Assembly: GCA_028023455.1 (NCBI GenBank)
Contig: JAQFVV010000003.1
Coordinates: 8,370,001-8,434,000 of the forward strand
Reading direction: 5' to 3'
DNA from: Epiperipatus broadwayi
Lineage: Eukaryota > Animalia > Onychophora
DNA length: 64,000 nucleotides
The notes under the pieces are model-generated. The model saw only the letters and a list, made by a program, of their open reading frames with translations. It was not told the DNA's origin and made no database searches. Numbering within the stretch: position 1 is the first letter of the stretch; the number at the start of each line of letters is the position of its first letter. Position numbers and translations under genes: made by a program. Shown here piece by piece: positions 26,791 through 40,165 of this stretch.

Positions 26791-29319
26791 TCGTGTCTTG
26801 ACACCCCTGTGATGAAACACCTTTGGGCACACACAACCTGCACACCCACACATGGCAGCCAGAGAAAAAGAAAATAATTAACTCATATAAATAAAATATT
26901 CCCATTCAATCTACAATATTTTTATTGTTTTCAGATATAGTTTTTGAGAGTTTGATGGTATGATTAATAAAATACCTTGCCTTGCCCAAGACTTTAGGTT
27001 TCAACCCAGTTGGATTCAAGTGATTGAAGATTTCTAAACAAGTTTAGAATTTTTTAAGAATAAGTAAGAAAATCAAAGCATTAACTTTGGCCAAATGTAA
27101 ATTGTCTATGTTGATGACTAAAACCAACTTCACTATATCTTGCAGAAACATGTTGAGAAGATCATTATTTTGTGAAGGACTATTTAACAGTTATTTTACC
27201 TTTTATTATAAAGTTTCATGTCATGTAAATTTTAGTTGCAACAAAGTCATGTTTTCATTTTTCTGTACAACGCAAAAATTGTTTTGATATAAATAATTTT
27301 TTCAATGTCCTTAAGCAGGATGCTAATTGAGAAAAATAATTACAACATAAAATTCCAATAATTTTTAGAATTTATAAAAATCAATAATTAGACTGATTAT
27401 TTAAAGTTTTTTTTAAAACTAATTTTATGGATAAAAGCCCTTGGCACATAACAAGAATAATATGAAATATTTGTTCTTAATTCACATGAATGCAGTTAAA
27501 ACATTTTCAACATTTTATACATAATGTACAGATACTTACGATATAATATTAAAAATTACACATTTTAAGATATCAACAAAAATTATAATTTGCAATTTTA
27601 CAATTGACAAATTTAATAACACTATTTTTTTTTTAAAAAATCATCTGTTAATAAAAAAAGAAATGTCCACCCCCCTTTTTTTTCTTCTTTTAAGTGGACA
27701 ACAAAATTATCTAAAGCTTCTCCTTTCTTTTTTTTTTTTTAAAAAATGAAATTAGGTAAATTACTATTCCTTCCTCTCTTTTCTCACCCAAGTATCATTC
27801 TATTTTTGTATCATTTTTCCTGCAATGAAAATTATTGATATAATAGAAAAAATAAAAGTGCAATTCAAGTAATTTACTGAAAACGATTATATGATAAATT
27901 TATTCATGATGTTTTGCAATCATAGTGCCAAATAGTTGCACTGTAATAAAAAAAGTTAAAATTAAAAAATTACAATTTCTTTTTTTATTACTCCCTCTTA
28001 ATACTTCTTTTTAAACATAGGTGATTAAGGGGAAAAGTAGATATTAAAAAATGCATATGCTGATATGACTATATTTACAGAATTCTTTTTAGATGCTAAT
28101 TTAAAATGTTAGTTTTAAAAAATACTTTTACTTTAGATAAAGATTAATCTTAGTAAATTTATTTTGGGATTTCAAAATAATATGATTCTTAAACAAATTG
28201 TTTTTAAACAAAGGATACATTTTTTTTATAGTAAATTTTTAATTAATGTTGTTTATCAAATTTACTGAGTTAATCAAAGATATTAATCTGTTGTTTTTAT
28301 AATAAAACAATAATTTATTTTTTGTTCTTGAAAGTTGACAAAGCATGTGTAAGCTTCAAAATTCAATTTTATGATATCTTAATCCATTATATTACAGTTT
28401 ACACATAAGCGGATGGCCCATAAAGCAAGTAAGCTATGACCTATACTTCAGCAATGACAAATGGAAAGAGATCTTATTAGGTTATCTGATACTTGTCCTT
28501 AACAAGTGACCAAAAGAATGCCATTAAAAGAGCTTCATCTGTATCATATTACCAGCTGCATAAATAATTTTATCAATCCTAATTACAAAACTGCCATGAA
28601 ATTTTATTGAAAATTAATCTTAACATAATCTACTAGCCAGAAAAAAATCTATTTGAAATTATATTTCCAGCATGAGGAAAGCTACCTAAGAAAAAGGAAA
28701 TGCAAAGATGTAAATCCATATGGACATATATATTATAATGGTAACCACACTTTTCACAATTGATAATAATAAAATTAAACACAATATTTGAAAATTAATT
28801 TCTGTCTAGGGGAACAAAGATAACTAATGGTACTGTGTATGTGTCGGAGTGACTAAATAATTTTATTTTTAGTGACAAATCTATTGTAGTCACAGATAAT
28901 GATCAAATTGACACATAAAAAATAAGTCTCCATGCACAGTCAATTATATTTCCTGATTCTTACCCTGCTCTCTCCACTTAAAAATATTATTAAATGACAA
29001 AATAAATGACTTGGACTTCGGATGAAAAATAAACAAACAACAAATTATTAACAATAACTTTAATTAAAAAATAGAATAATAATAATAATATAAGTATTCA
29101 ATATTTACATTTAAAATTAAATGAAGAGCATGTATAAGAGAGAAAATCTTTGTGCCTTTATAATATTTCATCCAGAAAAGTTAACAGTAAGTTTGTTTGT
29201 TTTACTTTGATAAGTTTATGAGCTCACATATATTTCTGTCTCTGGGAATGTGAATATATGGCCATGAAAATCATTAATTTTAAATGTCTACTAGCAATGT
29301 TAACATTTTAACTTCTTTT

Positions 29320-29580
29320 GATTCATTCGGTGGCAGTTTTCCTATCAGGGTTTCCCATTGTAATTTTCCTACCAGCATCTACATATGTAGAGTTACAAAC
29401 TAATTCATATAAAAATATTTCTATATAATAATCAATGGTGATTTTTCTTCTTATAGAAAGTGTCACATATTTTGCATTAGATGGTAATGAAAAGATTGGC
29501 AGAATCAAAGTTAATTTGAAGGCATTCTTTTCAGAAACACCATTGGAAAGGCCAGGGAAGGCATTCTGGAGTTTTTTTAC
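29320..29580 (-). mobile_element. Decayed piggyBac-like transposase fragment
   Basis: RRKITIDYYIEIFLYELVCNSTYVDAGRKITMGNP resembles piggyBac RNITxDNxFTSIPLA..L...T.VGT.RKN..IP. Confidence 0.4.
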
Positions 29581-30500
29581 CCCATGGATTGCATAGTTTT
29601 TACTTAAATAATCATTACCATTTTTAATGACTTCTATTCAGTAAGTGAAATGAAGGAGTAACATATCCCCATCTTTTTCTTGGAAACACAGACAATTCAG
29701 TTGGTTCCCATAGCAAAGTTATTTATTTTAAAATAAAAATAGTACATTTTACTTTTAACAATTATTATTATCATTTTCAAAACACTTTATAATTTATTTA
29801 CATGTGACTTTTAATATTCTATAATATATAAGAAAAATATTCACATGAACGCCACTAAGGCATGAGGGTTACATACATACACACACAAACACACTGAAAT
29901 TTAATACAAATAACAATAAACTATCTTCATTTAAATAATAAATAATCCATAAACTTTCACTAACAAGCCATAATAAATCATTGGAGAAAAAAAATTTCCT
30001 TTAGTTTTATAACCAAAGAATGTATGATTAATTGATTTCAGGAATACATTTGGGATAAAAAAGATAAATATTTTACCATTTTTTTTATTTATTTAAACTA
30101 TTTGTTCAATTTATTTATTTTAATAATCTTTATATTTTAAGACAAAAGTATACTGATATTATTTTTTTAAATAATATTAATATAGGTATTAAATTGGCAT
30201 ATATTACCATTACACATTGAATTAAAATTAATTTAAGAATTTAAATAAAAATTGGAACTGAGTTAATAGGCATTTTATAACAAGCATGATTTAACTAACA
30301 TTTTGAAAACTGTTGCAATAAAAACACATTCTGATTAAAGTTTTCTATATATAGCTGTTCATATTCAAACAAATATTTATGTAAACTAATTCATATTATT
30401 ATGTTAAATCATCATTTAATTACTGAAAATATAATCTTAGCTTTTTAATCTCACTTCAATATTCTTTCTATATATATGATTAGGATTAAAAAAAAAAAAT

Positions 30501-30945
30501 CAAGTCAGATGTCACATGACTTAATTTAATAAGCTTGTATTTACAAATGTTATATATAGAGCTCGCAAAATAAACACTCTTAACAAGCTTTGCAGAATAT
30601 CCTCAACCCCAGACCGATTTCTGCTACTGGCATCGTCAGTGAGGTGCCAGGATATTCAAGCATTAGATTAAAAATACCAGGACAGGCCCAGCACTTTATC
30701 TAATGTATAACTATTAAGTAGAAAATCTGAAATTTTCAGACATCCATATGTCTTCCAATCCAGCTATCTAACTTAAATAGCCGTATGGGACTGAACTAAG
30801 TTCAGATACACCATATATTAATGGCTTTAGCAATATAAAATCACCAAAGCCTTAATAGCAAAAAATAAAATTACAAAAAGTCTGGGGTTGAGGATATTCT
30901 GCAAAGCTTGTTAAGAGCTTATTTTGCGAGATCTATATATAACAT
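30501..30945 (-). mobile_element. ORF-less ~400-nt hammerhead-bearing element (PLE-type nonautonomous, retrozyme-like) with inverted 3' copy (30547-30614 vs 30880-30945)
   Basis: Canonical hammerhead core on the minus strand; inverted arm; internal sequence shared with 58961-59381. Confidence 0.75.
30607..30645 (-). ncRNA. Minimal type-I hammerhead motif, canonical CUGACGA core
   Basis: CCUCA CUGACGA UGC-ccagua-GCA GAAA UCGG UC UGGGG (GUC triplet). Confidence 0.8.
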
Positions 30946-33900
30946 ATGATTATGAATATTATAATTGGTAAATAATTGACTCTATACTTTCAAATTTTAA
31001 GAGAATCTGTTTCCACTGGCTTTATATCTGCCATTGTAAGTTATATAAAACTTAAGTATAGGTTTATAGATTTGTTGCCATGTCTAGAAGCAGATGACAC
31101 CTAAAACAAAATTTTTTTTTTTGTAGGAATGTATATAATTAAAATAAAAACTTAATTTTTGCTATTTACATATGCACATATTTACTTTAAGGAATTTTGA
31201 ATTTACTATAATAGAGTTGGAATACAAAAAACATTTCATCATTATCATCATCACATATATGATATTCAATATTTTTATGACAAGCACAATATAAGAGTTT
31301 GTTTTTATTTTATATTTGAAAAACCAATGTGGAATCTGAATGTACTGGTCATCACAGCTACCTATTAGCAAAACTTCAGCTCTTACTTCATTATCAATAT
31401 ATATAAAACATCATGCTTACTATTTTAATAATTGATTTTTACATTCCAATAACTGAAACTCAAATCCAGATGAAACTTGGCAATTTTTTTTTTTTTCCAT
31501 TTTTCTTTAAGGTAAGCCAACTTATAGTTAAATTAATTATTCAATAAATTATTGTTTGTAAATTAATATCTAGCAATTCTCACCTCCAGCAAATAGATAA
31601 TTTTTGATAAATATTAATATTGTCTTGATTGTTTCTTTATAGAAGCAATGCTGGAGAAGTTTTTGCTTTGTAGTGAACTATTTGAAGATCATCATATGTA
31701 CATATAAATAGGTGCAGACACAAATAAGACCTTGGTATATTACTACTATTGTTAATAAGGTAATATCACTTTTAAGATTTGAATAAAGATGTGAATGTGA
31801 CTTTGATATTACACTAATGTTAAAAAGATAGTGACACTATTTAAGGAATATCAATAAACCTTATGTTCTTTGAACAATATCCTCTGACAGTTAATACTTG
31901 AGACAATAATCCGTAGATTGGCCCATCTTTCAACTATATATTTTTTTAACTTTATTCAATGTCTGATATTACTCTCATTTGTAATATAAATTATTTTGCC
32001 AGATTCTGAAACTGAAATTGTTGAACAGTTTGATATTCTAAAAGTTGTATTGGAGAAGCAGGTACTGATTATCATGCTGGTCTTAGAGAATACAAGTTTG
32101 CAGACACAAAGTCTGGTAAAGGATATTATAATTAAGCAGTAGTTTTCTTATGATTTCTATCAATGCTTAATAAATAGCTATACATTTACATATATCAAAA
32201 AGATTTCTGAAACAGATCGATTATTAAAATCAACAAATTTCAAAAAGTATATTAAATGTTCAATTCGTTTTTTTTTTTAAACTTCTTTTCCAAATAAAAG
32301 ATTTTATTTTTCTAAAATAATATTTAGCAATTAAGCTCTCTTGCTAATCTTCATTCTTTTCCCAGAAGTATCTTTATAATCTTTTTAATAATCACAAAGA
32401 GAAGGAGGTGAAAAATCAATAATTCAACCATTTTAATATCATGATAGAAAAAAGGCTCCAATTTAAATCCACAATAAACAAAAGAATAAAGAATTAGATT
32501 TTCTTTTTTTTACATATATAGACAGAATCACTATTGCAAGTTAGAGCAGTCATATTTGTAAATAGTCAATGCAGAGCATAGAAATTTTAAATAAGAAATG
32601 TCAGATATCAGGAACACTTTAGACCAAACATACATTTCCTCGTTGATGTTTTTTTTTTTTTTAAAAAAACATTTCTTATTAAAGTAACTATTTTACATAA
32701 GGAAGTTTTTATATAAAATATAAGATATTTAAATTTGACTTATTATTGTTATTATTTTTAATTAGAATAATTAGGGTTAGGTAATCTCCTACTTCTAGTA
32801 ATTGAAGAAAATCTCAAAAGATTAAATCGTGCAAACAAAAAAAAAATCGTATTATTAATATTTGCAACTTTATATTAGAAATTTTCATATTATAAATGAA
32901 AATCATAGATGATATATATAAACTCATAAATCTCACCAAAAATATTAATTCAGATTTAAAAAACAAAACAATATATGTGTTAATTTTACAATGCTATCAT
33001 TCCAACTGACTGATTAGATCATCATCAAGTTACATTTTCTAAAATTTATTGTACAAAGTAAAACTTAAAAATTAAAATAATGTATAATAACTAATAATAA
33101 AAAATCAAACAAATTTACCAATGCTTGATTTTTAAAAACAAACAAACATAGGAGCCAGAAGAAAAAGTCACGTGAATGTGACATTTCCAGAATTTATCAG
33201 CACAAGGAACTCAATATTGAATTATTACACTGTTTCAACTAATCCAAAACAATTTGTTGGCTAACACATACTTATTTATGCAAAGACAAATTCATCAATC
33301 TAAAAAACAAGATACAGTGACCAAAAACAGTATTTATAATAGTCCTTTCATAAAAAATGACATTAATTTCATATATGTATGCACATATATTCATGTACAT
33401 TCAAGCAACATTATCTCAAAACATTATGACATCATCAGTATCAATTCCCTTAAACTGATATAACTAAAGCTGTTATGACACAATATATTTATATGGCTAA
33501 GCTAAGTACAGCATTTTCTCTTCAAGTGACAGTTTTTTTTAATTCTTCAGCAAAACTGATCTGGACATTTTTAGTTCTTGAATAAACCATTTTCACTATT
33601 GTGCTAATTTGTTAAATCAAGCCAATGATAATTATTTGATCATCACTGATATTGTTCATTTAAAATTGGCACCTTCCATAATATAATTTAATCTAGCATC
33701 TCATATTTAGAACTATAGCATAAACTTTAATGAATTCTGGAATTTAACGATAGTATTTTGTCTATTTTGTAGAGACACTTTCAATCTATTATGTTCCAAA
33801 AAAATGCAAATATTAGTATACTGGAAATTAGACTGGAGTGACATCCAAACCAATAATAGATCATTAATAAGGTTGGCTATAGTGAGCTATTGTAAAAAGT

Positions 33901-34359
33901 TATTGAACTTGTTTGACCTATCTCAAAAATTTTACTTTCTTCCTAGATTTAAATTTCAGGTTCTATGCAAAGCAAGACCACATATTAATCACTACAAAAC
34001 CAGATCCATCCAATCACACATTAACAATAATTAAAATAAATATATCTATAAGTATATCAATTATATAGTGTGTAATTAATTATGAATTATTGCAATAAAT
34101 TGATACTAATTACAAATACATATATATAAATTCATAAGAAATTATATAATAGCAGTTTCTCCAGTAATTAGCTGTTATGTAGCATGTAATGAATCAAACA
34201 TTTAATTAAATAGAAAACATTTCAATATCCCAGATCATACAATTATCTATTAACTACAAGAGTAGTAATTAATTTATTGAGCACATAGAAAGCATATGTA
34301 AATAATTTAATCAGGCTTTAATCTGTATTCAATGTGCTTTAAAATTCATAATAATCAAG

Positions 34360-34531
34360 CATATTTTGCCGATAGAGGGACCTTCCAAACCATGACCCAA
34401 GATAGCAATTTTTATAAAGATAAGAGCGGCTGTCTTATCTTTAACCTAAATTTCCACTTATATAGGTGAATCTGAAGACAAATCGCTATCTTGTGTCGCT
34501 GTTTGGAAGGTACCTCTATCAGAAAAATATG
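34360..34531. mobile_element. MITE-like element with ~45-bp imperfect terminal inverted repeats and an internal hairpin
   Basis: catattttgccgatagagggaccttccaaac...caagatagc vs gctatcttg...gtttggaaggtacctctatcagaaaaatatg; internal aaagataaga...tcttatcttt. Confidence 0.7.
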
Positions 34532-34565
34532 GTTGACTATTAACTACAAGTAAATAATATTTTAA

Positions 34566-36315
34566 CCCTTTGAGCCTGAAGTGCCCCTGCGAGCCCCTGA
34601 ACAAAAATTTAGACTTTCAACTGAGTTTGCGTGGAATCGGTAAGTAATACACTCACAATTCTCAGATCATTCGATCCGCCATCTTATTACCGTTAAAATG
34701 AGCTATAACTTTTATTTTTACGATAAAATTTGGATTTTTTTATGAAAGTTTTTGTAAAATACAATTTTTAATTTTTTTATTTTTCTTTTGTTTTTTAGAT
34801 TTAATGGCCATAAATATGATTCACGGTCCATTGAACTTGTTTTACAGTGTAATAATTACGTTCATTTACATAATGGCTTTTATAAGCCCTCTTAGTAGAA
34901 ACAATTTTTTTTGTAAAAAAAAGTTAAAAGCTTAAAAATAAAATAAAAAGATTATATCAAAAACGTATAAGGATTACTGTTCGATTTATTTTTAATAATA
35001 ATGACTTTTGATGCCTTCATAATTGGATTCAAATTTGAAACTGATGCTAACATTTAGACAGGATTCTGTATTTCAATTTGTTTTATTATTTTTTTTATTA
35101 TTATTATTGTTTTCTATAATTAAATATAATTAAAAGTAATATATATATATGATATAATACAGGTGAAATAATATAAAAACGTTCATTTTAATATTTTTCT
35201 GACCTAGTTTTAGAATTCTCTTTTTATAAAAACGATAAACTTTTAGATAAAAAGCACATTTGAAATGTAGAATCTTTTACCTCAATTTGTTTTGTCACCT
35301 ACTTTTTATTACTTTTTTTATATATATGATATAATACAGGTGAAATAATATAAAAACGTTTTTTTTTTAATTATTTTTCTCACCTAGTTTATAACTCTTT
35401 ATTATATATATACAAAACAATATATATACGATAGAATTTGATAAATACATATAGAAAACAATATATATATATATATGATAGAATTTTAGACAATACATTT
35501 GAATAATATAAAAACATGCACATCCACACTCATCATATACCGAGACATCCACTCTCATATTTCATCTCACAGACACATATATAATCAGTGCTCATAATAA
35601 ATTTGTTTATTTTGATATTTATTGATTGTTCTTGTTCATTTTATCTTGGAGAAATTTTTGCTTGATATTTATTTTTTGAGTACATTTTATTTAGTTGAAA
35701 AGAATACACATTTTAGTTCACACACCATTTTTCACTAATATAATATAATAAAAGTTATACTATACTATACATTACTATGTAATTTACTAAAGTCCTCAAT
35801 ATTTTGTAAATTATTTCTGTTATTTTTTTCCCCACTAAATACCAAACATATTTCTAACAGATACCTGCATGCAAGGACAACCAAACATTTCTAGCATATA
35901 TTCTGTTATAAAAGTAGAACATGTAGGGCGGCTAGTAAAAAGGAAACTTACCAATCGCACTGTTTTTGTAATTTTGGCATAGAAAAATTATCTCAGGTAA
36001 GACATATTATATATCATTTTTTTTAGCATTTTGAGATGCATGTGATGAAGCTGTCTATGAAATTGTAATTTTAAGTTATACCTTTCAAAATTGAGAATTT
36101 GTGAACCAATGTAAAAATAAATATGTTTAAAAATGTAAAAAATCTCCTTTTAAAATTTTTTTTGGTAATGACTATTTTATCAGCTTTATTACATTCTTTT
36201 TCTAAAAATGTATATATATTTATATTTATTGTAATAAATTAGAAATTTCATTTAAAATTATATGTCCTGTAATTTTTTTTTTGACATTCAAAATGGCCGT
36301 TCAGGTCTTTAAGGG
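34566..36315 (+). mobile_element. piggyBac-like deletion derivative
   Basis: TTAA|CCCTTTGAGCCTGAA at left and ttcaggtctttaaggg|ttttaa at right (imperfect TIR). A Cys-rich remnant HIFCYKSRTCR...KKETYQSHCFCN lies at 35861-35996, and an internal ~80-bp direct repeat at ~35141 and ~35321. Confidence 0.62.
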
Positions 36316-37207
36316 TTTTAAAAGATAAATTTTGAAATATATTTAATACAAAAAAATAAAAATAAAATATAATTGTTATGCAAATTAATAAAAAAAAAAA
36401 AAAGTTAAAAAAAACAACAAACTCAAATTAATAAATAAGTGAAATCATTTGCAATCCAGAATCTACAAAAATTTTAAAAGCTTTTTAAAGTTAGTAGAAG
36501 TTGTCTAAATAATTTTTTTTTAAAGGGAAAATTAAACTCATTTGTTTTGATTAGATTCTTTGAGTATAAATGAAAGAATAATTCTGGACAGCTTGGCACA
36601 GTTGTAGACTGATGAACTTAAGAGTTCAAGATTACTAGATCAAAGTTCAATCTGTCCTTTCTAATGCTTGAACATTACATGACCTCCTACGTAATTAAAT
36701 ATTTGATTTTTATTATTTTACTGCAAGAACAAATAAGAAAATTAATAAAAAATAAAGTGTAAAAAAAAAGAAAAGCCCCCAAATTTCAGATGATTATTAA
36801 ACCTATTAAAGAAAGTACAAAAAAGATGTTATACATTATTAGATAATTCTAAAAGAGAAAAAAATTATATTAATATTCAAATTATCTATTTCATGATACA
36901 CTAATTAATGATATATGATATCTGTAACAACTGCAGCTGTAATTATTATTACTGATTTTCCAGTTATGTTCTTCAAAAATCAATTCAAACAATACATTGT
37001 TTAATTGATGAGATTGAGAAGTTCCAGAATACATGTATAAATAGATTATTTTTGATTGATTATTGTTTTTACAATGCCTACATTTTTTATGCTTAGATAA
37101 TTGCATGTAAAATAACTATTACTTTCATGGAAATTAGTAATTTGATATACTAAATATCTAGACAAAAAGATATAAAATATTATAATACTGACATCTGAGT
37201 AACTAAC

Positions 37208-37323
37208 CTTATCAAGTTCAGCAGAAATATGAAAATCCTGAGAAGACAAAAAGCTGGTTAATGACTGACCAATTGCTGGACGAGGAAAAAAACATTCTGT
37301 GCTGGGTAAAATGCTGCTGCCAC
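37208..37323 (-). CDS. RUBCN: Rubicon exon: GSSILPSTECFFPRPAIGQSLTSFLSSQDFHISAELDK
   Basis: 116 nt; acceptor tttttaatag|GT, donor AAG|gttagt. Phase 1 in, phase 0 out. Carries the conserved FPRP..GQSL.SFL.SQDF...AEL.K motif. Confidence 0.92.
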
Positions 37324-39128
37324 CTATTAAAAAAAATCAAAATAAACAATTGCTTGTATAAAAAAAACCTCTACACTTAATGCACAAAATGAAATTATTT
37401 TAAAAGAAAGAAAATAACCACAAATGTGTCCATTCCAATTTATTCATTCAATATTTGTACCATACACAAAACTATGAATGCTTTAAAGATTCAAAATGTG
37501 TTTGATTATATTTTCTGTGAATAGCCTAATGTTTACCGATAATTAGGCTCGGGATTATGAAAGATGTTAGATACTAATTATTAATTTTTTATAACTTTTT
37601 TTGCGCTTGATAATATTTTTAATGATTTGCAGTAAAATATATGGTGAACAAATATAAAGAAATTTTTAAATAATTGACTAGTTTATTGTTCAAGAATTTC
37701 TAATAAGTTTAAGCACTGAAAATGATGAAGCCCAGTCATAAAAAACTGATTTGGAGTTCCAGAGTCCACCATTGTATTAAACTATCCAGGATTTAAAGAA
37801 ACTTTTTCTTTTTGTTTTGTACTTTGGATGCTGTGTAGGAAAGACACTACAAACACTTGCAAAGACAGTGGAATAAAAAGCAAAAGTATAAATAGCTTAA
37901 ATAATAGCATTTAAAAAAATGTATTGGAAATAAATTGAAAGTTCAAGATCAATGACAGAAAGGGTACATAGGAAAGAGGAATCTAAAAAAGGAGAAATTT
38001 CAAATGGTTTATTAACATCAGAATAGTAAGTATGAAACTGCCACAATAAGGAATATCCTATATTTAACTCTGTGGCTAAGTTCATTCATTATGAATTAGA
38101 CATTCATACAACAAAACATAAGTTGACAGAATTATTAAAATATATTTTTAAAAAAATTCTTAAAATGTACCACTTTAAATATGTCATTGATAGAATAAAC
38201 TGTGTTAAGAAAGTGGCAAACAGTGGTAAATTACCAAGTATGATGATCAAGTATTATTATATAATTAGTATTTTATTGTATAATTACCCCTACTTATCTT
38301 CAGGTAGAAAGCTTACAATAAGCATTTATATTTGTAAAAAAGCAATATTTACAAGTTATTAATATTTCTTACTACCTTAAGTTCTTTTCGTGAATAAACT
38401 AATCTTAATATACTATATTCTTTTCATGAAAAAAAAAAAGTTTAGCCATACCAAAAAAATTCTACCTCTTAAGTTATAAATTGAACCTGTAGAACACACT
38501 TGTATGTAAATAAGTTTACATTTAAACAATTGTATAAAGTATACATTAATACCAATAACATAAGATTATTGTATATATTTATATTTTTGTATATTACAAT
38601 ACCTGCATTTTTATTTTATTTTTTCCCACAATTTTTATTTTAAATAGCTGGTCTAAATCAATCCAGATGACTATTCAATATTAGCTAATAAATGAGTATG
38701 TAGTTACTCTTAACTAGAAAGCAAAAACAAGGATGCAAAACCACTTCATTCCTCACCTTTATGCAACTAACTAGTCTAATGAGCAATGTATTATCACTGA
38801 ATATTTCATTATAGGAGCCTGTTGGAGATGTATTTGACTAACAATGGGATATTTATAAAGCTGTTTTATTTTTACCTATCCTCATAAAGAATCACCAATA
38901 GCTCAAATCTTGCCTCATAACCATCACTCATATGACTTTTTATAGTTTCTGTTGCATCTTTAATGATATCTGACTCTACATATTGGGTTCACATTTGGCA
39001 CATTATGACAAAACACCATTACTATATTTGCAAAGCAATGGCACAACACTATTGCCAACAATCACTTGTTTGGGTCTGGCTACTACAATCTGTTTTTAAT
39101 GCAGAAAATTAATATACATACATTAGTA

Positions 39129-39222
39129 TTATAATAATAACTGTAGCTTAATCCACTGCCCATGCGCTTTACAGAACTGTAAAATGCATGTGCAGTGGAT
39201 TAAGCTACAGTTATTATTATAA
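39129..39222. repeat. 94-bp near-perfect hairpin
   Basis: ttataataataactgtagcttaatccactgc is perfectly inverted at the right end; inner tttacag-aa-ctgtaaa. Confidence 0.9.
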
Positions 39223-39759
39223 TTTATAAAAACATCAAGCTATATAAATTAAATATATACATTAATATTGTACTATGCATATACTGAGCATCTTTTCAAT
39301 GCCTTGAGAAAACCCTTTGTAATGCAGCTTATTAATATGATTAACAATTAAAGCATATTTTGCTAAATTATATTTTTCATAATTTACCTTCTTATGATGT
39401 ATAGCCTACACTTGATGGTTATTTTTGATAACTATAACAGATAAGATATTAATAATCTAAGATATCTTGAAAAATTGTACTTGATAATCAAGTGTAGTTT
39501 TTCTTTGACAGGTTTCTCTTGCTTCATTAATTTAGCAATATTAAAATGCTCAATGAAGAATTTTCTGTCATCAAGAGAAAAAAAAAAAAAATACAGAAAA
39601 AATCAAAGAGAATAACTGGTGCATAACATTATTTAATTTTCAAAACATTGTGTTAAAAAAAAAGACAATAATGATGTGCAGTAAATGTGTTATAAAATAT
39701 GAAAAGTCTCTAATGGTGTTTTATCCAGTGTTTAAAGATTAATCTAGCAAAAAAAAAAT

Positions 39760-40165
39760 CTGGATCTTTAAAAGACAACCAGAAAAAAACAGCTATTTGT
39801 GGGAGCATACATTATCCTGTTCAAAACAACAGCAGGCTCGCCATTCAAAATTTACAACACAGATTGTAAACTATCAATCATGTATCACTGAGTCATTATT
39901 TAAAAAAGACTGGCCAAGACTTAGTTTTCTCCAACCCCAGAATTGTATGTATAGAGACAAACTGTAAAAGAAAAATAAAAGAGGCGTATTTTATCAACTG
40001 CAATAACAATGCAATAAACAGACATGACACCTGCTTTGATATCTCCAAAAGATGGACCATCTGACTCATTTGCATAGCTTATGTCTAAGACAATCTATTT
40101 CACAGTTTCTAATATGGCTATGATTATGAGGCAGAAAACCTCAAAAGCGCTAAGCCATAACTGAA
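39760..40165 (+). mobile_element. Penelope-like element 3: decayed GIY-YIG 3' end plus A3-U8 hammerhead (G12->A)
   Basis: FSNPRIVCIETNCKRKIKEAYFINCNNNAINRHDTCFDISKRW is homologous to the C-terminus of PLE2. 40113-40159 reads UAUGGCU AUGAUUA U GAGG-cagaaaa-CCUC AAAA GCGC UA AGCCAUA. Confidence 0.8.

Larger units (their letters stand above)
3913..37323 (-). other. RUBCN: Rubicon (RUN domain Beclin-1-interacting cysteine-rich protein) gene, partial: four coding exons and three introns (~5.6, ~7.8 and ~19.7 kb)
   Basis: Four GT-AG exons with compatible phases. The joined peptide matches the remembered Rubicon segment (human [47 protein letters not shown]...DSDREIQELKQKIRLRR). It is closer to Rubicon than to the Pacer/RUBCNL paralogue. 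Confidence 0.9.

Noticed and set aside
29320-29390. Apparent exon MLVGKLQWETLIGKLPPNESKE
   Set aside because: No good donor; another frame of the same strand resembles piggyBac transposase.
34465-34500. CTGAAGA in the MITE-like element (also CTGAAGA at 46778 and CTGATGA at 36607)
   Set aside because: No stem II plus GAAA follows; the core heptamer alone occurs by chance.
35865-35990. Apparent minus-strand exons (…NSAIEYMLEMFGCPCMQ) separated by a 49-nt intron
   Set aside because: They lie inside a piggyBac-like element whose plus strand explains the sequence (Cys-rich remnant); no protein family recognised.
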